Assembly: GCA_964630205.1 (NCBI GenBank)
Contig: CAZVTM010000006.1
Location: forward strand, 8,022-72,021
Direction of reading: 5' to 3'
Source: an uncultured Helicobacter sp.
GTDB lineage: Bacteria; Campylobacterota; Campylobacteria; Campylobacterales; UBA6016
Length of the DNA stretch: 64,000 nt
Below are positions 20,224-29,383 of the stretch, one piece after another (within the stretch, counting starts at the first letter, position 1; each line of letters opens with the position of its first letter). The notes under the pieces are model-generated. The model did no database searches and had not been told where the DNA came from. It was given only the letters and a program-made list of their open reading frames with translations. The translations under genes were made by a program, and so were the position numbers.

Positions 20224-22527
20224 CTATTTTATGTCAAAATCAAAAAACTCCGATTCAAACACCCCTTTAATATTTTTAAACTGTGTGGCAGATTGATTTA
20301 GATTGGCTGCCTCAAGATACAAAAGCCCAAGAGCGTATATACTCTCAAGATTGGTCGGATCATACAGTTTTGCAAGCTCAAAAAACGATATAGCATCGGA
20401 ATGTTTACCTGAAGCTATCGCAGAAGCCCCTGCAAAGAAAAGGGTATTTGCATTTACATAATCTATATCAAACACGACGCTTGAAAATGCCGCATTTGCC
20501 TCTTTGAACATTTTTAGATACATGAGCGTACTGCCGTACCCTTTTAGAAGTTGCGCCCTGTCTACACGCTCGATTGCCAATCTTTTTTCGTATATATCCT
20601 TTGCTCTAGTCAAAAGACCCGATACCCTATGAAGGGATATAAACATATCTTTTGCAATATCAGGGCCGTAATACACGCTGCCGATGTCATAGTAGCCTTT
20701 ATTGAGATATGCTTGCGTCTCTCTGGCAAAAAACTTTACGTTTTCTCCGGAATTTTTGACAAATATATAAAGGCCGCCGGCTACTATATCCTTTGGCATC
20801 ATGTCGGATAGCGCTTTTGCACTAGTGATAGCGGCGTTTCTTTTGTCAAGCTTCAAAGATACGATAGTTGCCAAAGCTAGAGATGATGCGCTCTTTTTTT
20901 GACCGTTCATCAGCCAATCTATAGCTGCCACCGAATTATCAAGAGCATACGAAAACATAGCCCCGTACTCGCTCTTATTTGCAAAATTATTCGGCCCAAA
21001 AAGGTCTGCATCCAAAGACTCTTTTATTCTGTCAAAAGGAACACCCATAATTTTGGAAGTAATAATTGCAAAAAGTCCGGCTTCATAGTTTTTTGGATCA
21101 AAGTTGTAGGCTTTGATAAAGTATTTATTTGCCTCTCTAAAATCGCCGCTTTGAGCATATGTAAGACCCAAATTATACAAAAGTACCGCATGCGTCGGAT
21201 ATCTCGGTTCAAGGGCTTTGAACTGCCTATTAGCAAGATAAACACGTCCGGAGAGCGCATAATCTATCCCCCTTATCATCTCGGCATTTATCCTAGATTG
21301 CTTGGCTGCATTTTCAAGATAGGAGGCTCCGGCTTTGATATCATCCACCATTAGCCCGGCTTCCCCTTTTTTGATGGAAGAGACTGTTCTGTTTGGGTTA
21401 AATATCTTGTACGGGGCGTAGTACATAAGTATAGATGCCACACTTTTTTGGTTCGATACAAATTCATTTAGTAGCTTCTCTTGTATCATATCGCTCTCAA
21501 AAGCACGCTGTTTTAGAAATATTTGTATATCAAAAATTCTTGTAGCATTAGCCTCGGATATACCTATCGCCTCTTTGAGGGCATTTGACGTTTGAAAGGG
21601 AGATTTTGCTTTTAGATACACAAGAGCCTGAGCCATAATAGCTTTTAGCTTGTCATCGTCTTTTCTTTTTGCGGCTTCGAAAGAGTCTATTGCCTCTTTA
21701 TATTTTCCGTCTCTAGCCTGCAAAAACCCTATAGTCAAATAATTTCTATTTTTCTCTTTTTTGAGAATTTCAAGCATATCGGTACCATCATCAAACAACA
21801 AATAAGCTCTTTTTGCTATTTCATTCGATTCTGCGGTGAAAAATTTTCCGGTAGGGGCACTGACTGCGGCTAATGCCTCGTAATAGTCACCTTCGTAGTA
21901 ACTGATAAGTGCATAATAATATGAGTAAAGCGGAGAATTTACGTATCTCGGCAATGACGCTTTAGCCAGAGCTATATACTCTTTTGCCCCTTTTTTATCG
22001 CCTAGTTTGAACAGACAAACAGCCGAATTTATAGCACTCGGAAGCTCATTGTCGGATGATTTTATAGAGTTTTTAAAATATCCTAAAGCACCCTTGTAGT
22101 CACCGTCGCCCATCTTTGCAACACCGAGATTATAGTTTGATACGCTCTCTGAATATACGGATATCTCTCCGTACAGTTTGAGGGCGCTCTCCTTGTCGCC
22201 GCTTTCATAAAGAGCTTTTGCTTTTTCTATTAGCTGCTCTAGTTCGCTTGCGCTTATTTTTGGTTTAACGCCCGGTTTTATTTGTGGAGCTTCAGTGGCG
22301 TTTATCTCCACTTTCTCGCTTTTTGGTTTACCGATGATGATAAGTGTGACAGCTACCGCAATAATAATAACGGCAATAATTGGGGCTACAAAAAAAAGCA
22401 GTTTCTTTTTTAGCTTTTTCTTATCTTCGTCTCCGCCGTTTTCAACTTTATCGGAGTCGGCAACAGCGTCAGTTTTGGCTAAAGAGGTACCGTCCTCTTC
22501 GATAATTACCACCTCATCATCAGCCAC
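20224..22527 (-). CDS. large TPR-repeat membrane-anchored protein, PflB-like (flagellar motor scaffold) by synteny
   Basis: It has an acidic N-terminus, one TM helix ('LLFFVAPIIAVIIIAVAVTLIIIG') and many TPR-like repeats. Its position next to serS/trpS matches my recollection of C. jejuni pflB. Confidence 0.55.
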   Translation of the reverse strand: MADDEVVIIEEDGTSLAKTDAVADSDKVENGGDEDKKKLKKKLLFFVAPIIAVIIIAVAVTLIIIGKPKSEKVEINATEAPQIKPGVKPKISASELEQLIEKAKALYESGDKESALKLYGEISVYSESVSNYNLGVAKMGDGDYKGALGYFKNSIKSSDNELPSAINSAVCLFKLGDKKGAKEYIALAKASLPRYVNSPLYSYYYALISYYEGDYYEALAAVSAPTGKFFTAESNEIAKRAYLLFDDGTDMLEILKKEKNRNYLTIGFLQARDGKYKEAIDSFEAAKRKDDDKLKAIMAQALVYLKAKSPFQTSNALKEAIGISEANATRIFDIQIFLKQRAFESDMIQEKLLNEFVSNQKSVASILMYYAPYKIFNPNRTVSSIKKGEAGLMVDDIKAGASYLENAAKQSRINAEMIRGIDYALSGRVYLANRQFKALEPRYPTHAVLLYNLGLTYAQSGDFREANKYFIKAYNFDPKNYEAGLFAIITSKIMGVPFDRIKESLDADLFGPNNFANKSEYGAMFSYALDNSVAAIDWLMNGQKKSASSLALATIVSLKLDKRNAAITSAKALSDMMPKDIVAGGLYIFVKNSGENVKFFARETQAYLNKGYYDIGSVYYGPDIAKDMFISLHRVSGLLTRAKDIYEKRLAIERVDRAQLLKGYGSTLMYLKMFKEANAAFSSVVFDIDYVNANTLFFAGASAIASGKHSDAISFFELAKLYDPTNLESIYALGLLYLEAANLNQSATQFKNIKGVFESEFFDFDIK

Positions 22528-22539
22528 GTTCCAGCCCCC

Positions 22540-23793
22540 TTACAGGTATTTTTTGAGCGCCTGGGGGATATCTATGCCGCCGTCAGCCCTTTGATAGTTT
22601 TCCATGATAGCCACAAGCGTTCTGCCGACCGCAAGGGATGAGCCGTTGAGTGTATGCACCAGCTTATTTGCCTTGCCGTCTTTATATCTTATTTTGGCGC
22701 GTCTAGCCTGAAAATCGCCGCAATTTGATACGGAACTTATCTCTCTATATTTATCCTGAGAAGGTATCCAAACCTCAATATCTACCGTTTTTGCAGCAGA
22801 AAAGCCCATATCTCCCGAGCAAAGAGCCATCAGTCTATGCGGAAGCCCCAGTTCACGCAGCATATCCGACGCACAAGAGACCATTTCGTCAAGCATCGCC
22901 ATACTCTCCTCAGGTTTTGATATCACGACTAGCTCTACCTTGTGAAATTGATGCTGCCTTATCATCCCCCTTGTGTCACGCCCTGCGCTTCCAGCCTCTT
23001 TTCTGAAGCACGGAGTATGCGCCGTCATTTTAATAGGGAGATTTTCCGATGGAATTATCTCGTCATAATATAGATTTGTCAGAGGTACTTCAGCTGTAGG
23101 TATAAGATAAAACGCCCTCTCCTCATCACTCTCTAGGCGAAATAAGTCTTCTTCAAACTTCGGAAGCTGGCCGGTTCCTTGCATAGTATCGGCATTAACG
23201 ATAAACGGCACGCTAACAAGCTCAAACCCACGAGAAACGTTGAAATCAATCATAAAATTGATAAGCGCCCTCTCAAGTCTAGCCGCTTCGCCCCTCATCA
23301 CCGTAAAACGGCTTTTTGAAATTTTTACCGCCCTCTCAAAGTCTAGCCATCCAAGGGCCTCGCCCAGCTCCACATGGTCTTTTGGTGTAAATCCAAGCGA
23401 TTTTGGCTCCAAAACCGTTTTTATAAGTACGTTATCATCCTCATCCTTACCAAAAGGGACACTCTCATCCGGAGTATTTGGGAAAGTCAGAGCAAACTCA
23501 TAAAGCTTGGCTTCTAGCTCTTTTGAGCGTGCTTCATACTCGGCCGCCTCAACTTTTAGTTTGTCAAGCTCCGCTTTTAGTTCACTTACATCCTTGCCGT
23601 CTTTTTTATACTGACCAAACAATCTACTTTTTTCATTTTGAGAGGCCAAACACTCTTCCATTTTTCTTTTTGCCTCTTTTGAGTCAAAAGCCAGCTCTCT
23701 GAGCGAATTCAAAAGCTCTCTGTCAAGGCTTCTCTTTGCTAGGCTCGCCGCCACCTCATCAAAGTTGTTTTGCAGGGCTCTTACATCAAGCAT
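22540..23793 (-). CDS. serS: seryl-tRNA synthetase
   Basis: It has an N-terminal coiled-coil arm and class II motifs '[10 protein letters not shown]' and '[20 protein letters not shown]'. Confidence 0.97.
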   Translation of the reverse strand: MLDVRALQNNFDEVAASLAKRSLDRELLNSLRELAFDSKEAKRKMEECLASQNEKSRLFGQYKKDGKDVSELKAELDKLKVEAAEYEARSKELEAKLYEFALTFPNTPDESVPFGKDEDDNVLIKTVLEPKSLGFTPKDHVELGEALGWLDFERAVKISKSRFTVMRGEAARLERALINFMIDFNVSRGFELVSVPFIVNADTMQGTGQLPKFEEDLFRLESDEERAFYLIPTAEVPLTNLYYDEIIPSENLPIKMTAHTPCFRKEAGSAGRDTRGMIRQHQFHKVELVVISKPEESMAMLDEMVSCASDMLRELGLPHRLMALCSGDMGFSAAKTVDIEVWIPSQDKYREISSVSNCGDFQARRAKIRYKDGKANKLVHTLNGSSLAVGRTLVAIMENYQRADGGIDIPQALKKYL

Positions 23794-24002
23794 TATTCAT
23801 TTTCCTCGTCTTCTACTATTCTTATTATTGTACCCTCGTCAAGAGCCTTAAATTTGTGTTTACCGCAAAACTCTTCATTCATTATTTTCAGGAGCTCTTC
23901 AGTTTTTTGATTAGCTTTCTCTTTGCTATCAAACCGAAATGAGCCGTCCATCTTGGAACGGGTAAAACAACCGCATCTTTTTTCAATTTCAATGGCAAAC
24001 AT
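23793..24002 (-). CDS. small conserved-looking protein (69 aa) wedged between trpS and serS
   Basis: The ORF abuts the trpS stop and its TAA overlaps the serS ATG (TAATG). It contains a 'CGC' pair plus a third Cys and has an acidic C-terminus. Confidence 0.5.
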   Translation of the reverse strand: MFAIEIEKRCGCFTRSKMDGSFRFDSKEKANQKTEELLKIMNEEFCGKHKFKALDEGTIIRIVEDEENE

Positions 24003-24965
24003 CTATATTATCCCCGTTGCAGTTCGTATTTTTTCTATTATCGGCATCGCTTTATTCCTAGCCTTCTGGGCGCCTGATTTGAGTATATCTCTCACTTCGT
24101 CTTTGTGATTTAAATAGTACTCTCTTTTTTCACGATATGGCTCAAAATAGCTCCATATCTTCTCTTTTAGCTCCGCTTTGTACACGCCGTACCCCTCGCC
24201 GCCTTTTGCGTATCTAGCTTTTAGCGCTTCTAGTTCATCCGCAGAGTAAAACAGTTTTGATATTGCGTACACATTGCACTTTTCAGGGTCTTTCGGGTCT
24301 TCTACGGGTGTGGAGTCGGTAACTATTTGGTTTACCCTTTTTTTGAGCGTTTTTTCGTCACAGAAAATATCTATCGTGTTGTTATAGCTTTTACTCATCT
24401 TGGCACCATCCGTCCCAGGTACGGTCGCCACATCCTCGTCTATGCTCGCCTCCGGCATTTTGAATATCTCGCCGTACTCATTATTGAACTTTTGAGCTAT
24501 GTCTCTAGTCATCTCAAGGTGTTGTATCTGATCTTTGCCCACAGGCACGATGTCGGCATTAAATAGCAAAATATCCGCCGCCATAAGTACGGGGTAGCTG
24601 AAAAGCCCGTGGTTTGCCGCTATACCTCTGGCCGTCTTGTCCTTGAAGCTATGCGCCCTCTCTAGTAGCCCCATCGGCGTGAAGTTTGAGAGTATCCAGT
24701 ATAGCTCCAGCACTTCTGGAATGTCTGATTGCACCCAAAAAATTGATTTGTTTGGGTCGATACCGAGGCTTAGCATATTGATAGCAGCGTTCACGGTGTT
24801 TTCTCGTAACGCTTTGCCGTCAGAGAGGCTTGTCATTGCGTGGTAGTTTACGATAAAGACGTATAGTTCGCCTCTCTCTTGGTTTTCAACCATTCTTTTT
24901 ATCATCCCAAAGTAGTTGCCGATGTGCAGCTCGCCTGAGGGTTGGATACCTGAAAGTATTTTCAT
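24003..24965 (-). CDS. trpS: tryptophanyl-tRNA synthetase
   Basis: Contains 'SGIQPSGELHIGNY' (HIGH) and 'KMSKS'. Confidence 0.97.
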   Translation of the reverse strand: MKILSGIQPSGELHIGNYFGMIKRMVENQERGELYVFIVNYHAMTSLSDGKALRENTVNAAINMLSLGIDPNKSIFWVQSDIPEVLELYWILSNFTPMGLLERAHSFKDKTARGIAANHGLFSYPVLMAADILLFNADIVPVGKDQIQHLEMTRDIAQKFNNEYGEIFKMPEASIDEDVATVPGTDGAKMSKSYNNTIDIFCDEKTLKKRVNQIVTDSTPVEDPKDPEKCNVYAISKLFYSADELEALKARYAKGGEGYGVYKAELKEKIWSYFEPYREKREYYLNHKDEVRDILKSGAQKARNKAMPIIEKIRTATGII

Positions 24966-25071
24966 AGAGGAGCCCTAAAAATCTTTTTAATTTTTGCTTA
25001 AATTATATAACAGAGCAGATAAAACGGGGGTTAGAAGCTATAATTGAAAAAACAAAATCGGAGCGGTTATT

Positions 25072-25425
25072 TTGAAAAAGGCTTTTTTAATTTTTGCCAT
25101 TGCCACAGGTGTATTTGCCGGCGAATTTGACGGCACATACTCGACCAAAAAAGGCGACATCAAAGTCATGCAATTTGATGGCATCGTAAACTTCATGCTA
25201 CTCTCGGTCGGTAGCGGGTCGATGTCCTCTGCTTGCGATGTGTCCGGCTCGGCTGTTATGCAGTCCAAAACTACAGCGCTGTTTCAAAGAGCTTCAGATA
25301 CCGGTGGCTGCGCAATACTTTTTGATTTTTCACAAAGCGGCAAACTACTAGTCAAGTCAAAAGGGTGCCAAATGTTTTGTACGGATAGGTCGGGGTTTGA
25401 TGGGGAGTATAAAAAGACGAAGTAA
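25072..25425 (+). CDS. small secreted/periplasmic protein with four Cys, function unknown
   Basis: It has a signal peptide 'MKKAFLIFAIATGVFA' and a TTG start with a GGAG upstream. Confidence 0.5.
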   Translation: MKKAFLIFAIATGVFAGEFDGTYSTKKGDIKVMQFDGIVNFMLLSVGSGSMSSACDVSGSAVMQSKTTALFQRASDTGGCAILFDFSQSGKLLVKSKGCQMFCTDRSGFDGEYKKTK

Positions 25426-25462
25426 ATTTGACTTTGTAACTAAAATTTGATACCATTCACAC

Positions 25463-25723
25463 ATGGCAAAACACGACAAACTTTTTGACAAATTTACGAA
25501 AATCCCGCCGTTAAAAGATTTGAGCTTTAACGAGTTGGAAACGCTTTTGACGCATTTGGGATTTGAGAAGATAGAGGGTAGCGGCTCAAGGATAAAATTT
25601 ATCCACAAAGACAAAAACCTAGTAATCAGCCTACACAAACCGCACCCGTCAAACATACTCAAAGAGTACATCGTAAAACAAATTCAGGAAGTTTTGAAAG
25701 GATTTAAAGATGGAAACGCTTAG
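25463..25723 (+). CDS. hicA: HicA-family toxin
   Basis: It is 86 aa and 'LLTHLGFEKIEGSGSRIKFIH...ISLHKPHP' is a YcfA/HicA-like pattern. It overlaps hicB by 14 nt. Confidence 0.8.
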   Translation: MAKHDKLFDKFTKIPPLKDLSFNELETLLTHLGFEKIEGSGSRIKFIHKDKNLVISLHKPHPSNILKEYIVKQIQEVLKGFKDGNA

Positions 25724-26051
25724 TTACAAAGGCTATATCGGCTCTTTGCACTACTCAAAAGAGGACAAAACTTTTTGGGGCAAGGTAGAGATGATACGCT
25801 CACTAGTTACTTTTGAAGCGGACAATGCGGCGGAGCTAGAAAAGGCTTTTCAAGAAGCTGTGGATGATTATTTGGCAACTTGTAAAGAGCAAGGGATAGC
25901 GCCCGAAAAACCATTCAAAGGAGTATTCAATATCAGAATACAACCAGAACTTCACAAAGCGGCATACGAAAAGGCGTTAAAAGAGGGTATATCGCTTAAT
26001 AAATTTGTAGAGAGTAGTATCGCTAATGCACTTTTGTCACATGGGGCGTGA
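25710..26051 (+). CDS. hicB: HicB-family antitoxin with C-terminal RHH
   Basis: Contains 'YKGYIGSLHYSKEDKTFWGKV...VTFEADNAAELEKAFQEAVDDYL' and 'FNIRIQPELHKAAYEKALKEGISLNKFV'. Confidence 0.85.
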   Translation: METLSYKGYIGSLHYSKEDKTFWGKVEMIRSLVTFEADNAAELEKAFQEAVDDYLATCKEQGIAPEKPFKGVFNIRIQPELHKAAYEKALKEGISLNKFVESSIANALLSHGA

Positions 26052-26114
26052 AAGAAAATAGCATATTCACTGAATTTTGTGATTTTCTGGTCACCACCAT
26101 TTACTTGAATTACT

Positions 26115-26195
26115 TCAGGCGCCTAAAAAATCCCTTCCTATTGAAAATCCGACCAGGATACCAATTATAGCACCGACAAGTGTAGGCCAATCCAT
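26115..26195 (-). CDS. unannotated 26-codon hydrophobic peptide (MDWPTLVGAIIGILVGFSIGRDFLGA), type-I-toxin-like candidate
   Basis: It has an ATG with an AGGAG SD (26202-26206) at 6-nt spacing and a single predicted TM helix. It is below the ORF-track size cutoff. Its own extended -10 lies upstream. Confidence 0.4.
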   Translation of the reverse strand: MDWPTLVGAIIGILVGFSIGRDFLGA

Positions 26196-26255
26196 CTCTG
26201 TCTCCTCTGATATATTGGCATTACACCAAACCCAAGCATTTTGGAATTTGGCAAT

Positions 26256-26264
26256 ATTATAACA
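26256..26264 (-). promoter_or_regulatory. extended -10 promoter (TGTTATAAT) for the small peptide gene
   Basis: The reverse complement of attataaca is TGnTATAAT. It lies about 60 nt upstream of the peptide ATG and implies a leader of roughly 50 nt. Confidence 0.35.
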
Positions 26265-26457
26265 CACATGCCGGAAAATGCGAGCCAAATTTGTACTGCT
26301 TCTTTACTCTAGTTTTTAACAAACATTGCAGTAAAAGCAGCAGACCCCCTTTTTTTGTTAATTTCCAGCCTAAATACAAACTATTTAATTGTTTGCGCTA
26401 TCTGCAGAAAAAAGCTAGAATTTTTATGCTCTCCAGATAAAAACAAAGAGGTCATCA

Positions 26458-27279
26458 TGATTCAAAGCTTTTTCAACAAACTAAAGGATAACACCTTAAT
26501 TAAATTTTTAAGATTGTTATGGTTATTTTTTAAAATACCAGACTTGGTAGAACGAAAGCTCAAAAAGTCTGATTTTAAAATAGCCATATCTTTTCTTATA
26601 ACCTCCATGGTATTCTCTAGCGCCCTGACTAGTGCAGTATATTTTTTATCAGATAAGGATACTGCGCCATTTAACTATATTGAAATTGTAAATATAATTT
26701 TTGCAATACTCATGGTGTGTTACTGGATAATTCTGCTGGCTTTTTATATGGCGATTTTCATGGCAATCACTCATTATTTAGCAAAAAACCAGAACAAAGC
26801 CTTACCCACTCTATAGTCGCAGTATTTATTCAAGCAATTAAAATATTTTCGGTACTTTTGCCACTAATCTCTGTGGTTATTGAATTAGCGGCACCTTATC
26901 TATTTGGCAGTGAATATTTACTCTATAGAACACCGCATACACCGTCTTTGTACATAACACTACCATTGCTGATTTTGTTTACAGTAGCAATTATGCGATA
27001 TATGTTTTACCTTTTTATAGATACGCCAAAAGTAACTTTGGGTTTCAAATGTTTAAATCCATATGTTTTGCGACAGCCATGGTAGCATTGACACTCACTA
27101 TGTTTAAGTGTTTTACTATACGGTCGATAGATGTATATTTATCATCAAATGTGATTAATAAAAAAGAACTAAGGGCTAAACTCAGAAATACTATAGGTGG
27201 ATTAATAGCCGAAGATCGCATAGATAAAGATAAAGGGGTAGCTACATTGCACGGTATAAATGTTATTTTAGGCAAATAG
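26458..27279 (+). pseudogene. multi-pass membrane protein gene split by two -1 frameshifts
   Basis: Three consecutive ORFs (frames 0, 2, 1) overlap by 100 and 37 nt. Hydrophobic helices continue across both junctions. The first junction is near an A6 run (about 26789). The likely start is MIQSFF at 26458, with an 'AAAGAGG' SD. Confidence 0.45.
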
Positions 27280-27282
27280 ATT

Positions 27283-27304
27283 CCGAAAGGCGAGCGCCTT
27301 TCGG
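27283..27304. terminator. perfect 10-bp hairpin between convergent genes
   Basis: ccgaaaggcg-ag-cgcctttcgg lies between the membrane-gene stop (27279) and the groEL stop (27328). Confidence 0.7.
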
Positions 27305-27327
27305 AGGAGAGGAGAAAGCGGAGGATG

Positions 27328-28953
27328 TTAGTACATATCTCCCATTCCGCCGCCCGGCATTGCAGGCATAGCAGGTTTGTCTTCTTTGATCTCAGAGATT
27401 GTAGCCTCTGTAGTTAGAAGTAGGCTTGATACACTCACCGCGTTTTGTAGAGCCACTCTCACCACTTTTACAGGGTCGATGATGCCCGCCGCGAACATAT
27501 CTACATACTCGCCGCTAGCCGCATTGAAACCTGTGTTTTCAGATGCAGTTTCGATAGCGTGTACGACTACGCCGCCGTCAAATCCTGCATTTTCAGCGAT
27601 TTGTTTGATTGGGGCTTTGATAGCCTTCATGATGATGTCCGCGCCTAGTTTTTCATCGCCCGCAAGGTCGATTTTTACAGCTGCTGCAGCTCTGATTAGC
27701 GCTGCCCCACCGCCTATTACGATACCTTCTTCAACAGCCGCTTTAGTTGCGCTTAGAGCATCGTCTACTCTGTCTTTTTTCTCTTTCATCTCCATCTCTG
27801 TAGGTGCACCTACTTTGATTACTGCGATACCGCCAGATAGTTTTGCAAGTCTCTCTTGCAGTTTTTCTTTGTCGTAGTCGCTTGTTGTAGTCTCAATTTG
27901 AGCTTTGATTTGTTTGATTCTTCCGCTTACGGCTTCTTTGTCACCTTTGCCGTCAACGATAGTTGTATTGTCTTTGTCGATTATCACTTTTGAAGCTTGA
28001 CCTAGAGCAGTTAGCTCTGCATCTTCGATTTTTTGACCTAGCTCTTCGCTGATTACTTGACCGCCTGTTAGGATTGCGATATCTTCAAGCATAGCTTTTC
28101 TTCTATCGCCAAAGCCTGGAGCTTTAACAGCTGCAATATTTAGAACGCCTCTTAGTTTGTTCACGACAAGAGTTGCAAGAGCTTCGCCCTCGACATCTTC
28201 CGCCACTATCACTAGAGGTCTATTTGTTTTTACTACTTTTTCAAGGATTGGCAGTAGTTCTTTCATATTTCCTACTTTTTTCTCATAAAGCAGGATGTAT
28301 GGATTTTCGATTACCGCTTCCATTTTGTCAGGGTTTGTCACAAAGTATGGAGATAGATAACCTCTGTCAAACTGCATACCCTCTACGATATTTAGCTCAT
28401 CCACGATTCCCTTAGCTTCTTCTACCGTGATTACGCCGTCTTTACCCACTTTTTCCATAGCGTCGGCGATTAGATTACCTACCGCTTCGTCAGAGTTTGC
28501 AGAGATTGTAGCCACTTGAGCCGTCTCTTTTTTGTCTTTTACGGATTTTGAGATTTTTTTGAGCTCGGCTATGATTTCCGCAACGGCTTTATCCATACCT
28601 CTTTTGATTGCAACAGGGTTTGCGCCGCTTGTTACATATCTTAGACCCTCTTTGAATATTGCGTGAGCTAGTACGGTCGCAGTCGTAGTACCGTCACCCG
28701 CCGCGTCCGCAGTTTTGTTCGCTACCTCTTTTACAAGTTGAGCACCCATATTTTCGATAGAGTCTTTTAGCTCAACTTCTTTTGCCACAGACACGCCGTC
28801 TTTTGTGATGTGTGGGGCGCCGAAGCTTTTTTGAATAAGTACGTTTCTACCTTTTGGTCCCATCGTCACTCTAACCGCATCGGCTAGTTTTGTTACGCCG
28901 CTATAAAGAGCGTTTCTTGCTGCGTCTGAATAAAAAATCTCTTTTGCTGCCAT
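27328..28953 (-). CDS. groEL: chaperonin GroEL
   Basis: Contains 'AAKEIFYSD...', '[12 protein letters not shown]' and the C-terminal 'GGMGDMY'. Confidence 0.98.
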   Translation of the reverse strand: MAAKEIFYSDAARNALYSGVTKLADAVRVTMGPKGRNVLIQKSFGAPHITKDGVSVAKEVELKDSIENMGAQLVKEVANKTADAAGDGTTTATVLAHAIFKEGLRYVTSGANPVAIKRGMDKAVAEIIAELKKISKSVKDKKETAQVATISANSDEAVGNLIADAMEKVGKDGVITVEEAKGIVDELNIVEGMQFDRGYLSPYFVTNPDKMEAVIENPYILLYEKKVGNMKELLPILEKVVKTNRPLVIVAEDVEGEALATLVVNKLRGVLNIAAVKAPGFGDRRKAMLEDIAILTGGQVISEELGQKIEDAELTALGQASKVIIDKDNTTIVDGKGDKEAVSGRIKQIKAQIETTTSDYDKEKLQERLAKLSGGIAVIKVGAPTEMEMKEKKDRVDDALSATKAAVEEGIVIGGGAALIRAAAAVKIDLAGDEKLGADIIMKAIKAPIKQIAENAGFDGGVVVHAIETASENTGFNAASGEYVDMFAAGIIDPVKVVRVALQNAVSVSSLLLTTEATISEIKEDKPAMPAMPGGGMGDMY

Positions 28954-28987
28954 ATTAAATTCCTTCTTTGATATTTATTTTATGAAA

Positions 28988-29254
28988 TTACATTACACCA
29001 AGGATATCGTCGATGCTCATTACAAGATAGTCATTGCCGTCCACCTTGACTTCAGTACCTGCGTATTTGCCGAAAAGCACGGTATCGCCGCATTTTACTT
29101 CGCCTCTATCTTCTACTTTTTTAGATACGGCTACTACTTTACCCATTTGCGGTTTTTCTTTTGCGCTGTCAGGGATGATGATACCTCCAGCAGATTTTGT
29201 GACTTCTTCGGTTCTCTCAACAAGAACTCTTTTACCGAGTGGTTTGAAGTTCAT
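28988..29254 (-). CDS. groES: co-chaperonin GroES
   Basis: It is 88 aa with '[14 protein letters not shown]...[13 protein letters not shown]'. Confidence 0.97.
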   Translation of the reverse strand: MNFKPLGKRVLVERTEEVTKSAGGIIIPDSAKEKPQMGKVVAVSKKVEDRGEVKCGDTVLFGKYAGTEVKVDGNDYLVMSIDDILGVM

Positions 29255-29296
29255 TTATGACTCCTTTGTTAATTTTTAGTGTTTAGATTACTTTTA

Positions 29297-29323
29297 TTAG
29301 CACTCCAAAAACTAGAGTGCTAA
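29297..29323 (-). promoter_or_regulatory. CIRCE operator (HrcA binding site)
   Basis: TTAGCACTC-N9-GAGTGCTAA is an exact match to the CIRCE consensus. It lies about 40 nt upstream of the groES start. Confidence 0.9.
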
Positions 29324-29383
29324 AATTATACATGCTTTTATATGTTATGTCAAGAACTTTTGAGCCACTTTCGCTAAAGTTTG

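Noticed and set aside
25038-25268. A minus-strand 76-aa ORF overlaps the start of the secreted-protein gene. Similar cases are 31123..31305(-) and 52615..52977(+).
   Set aside because: They lie opposite or overlapping better-supported genes. They have no SD or motif and have odd composition.
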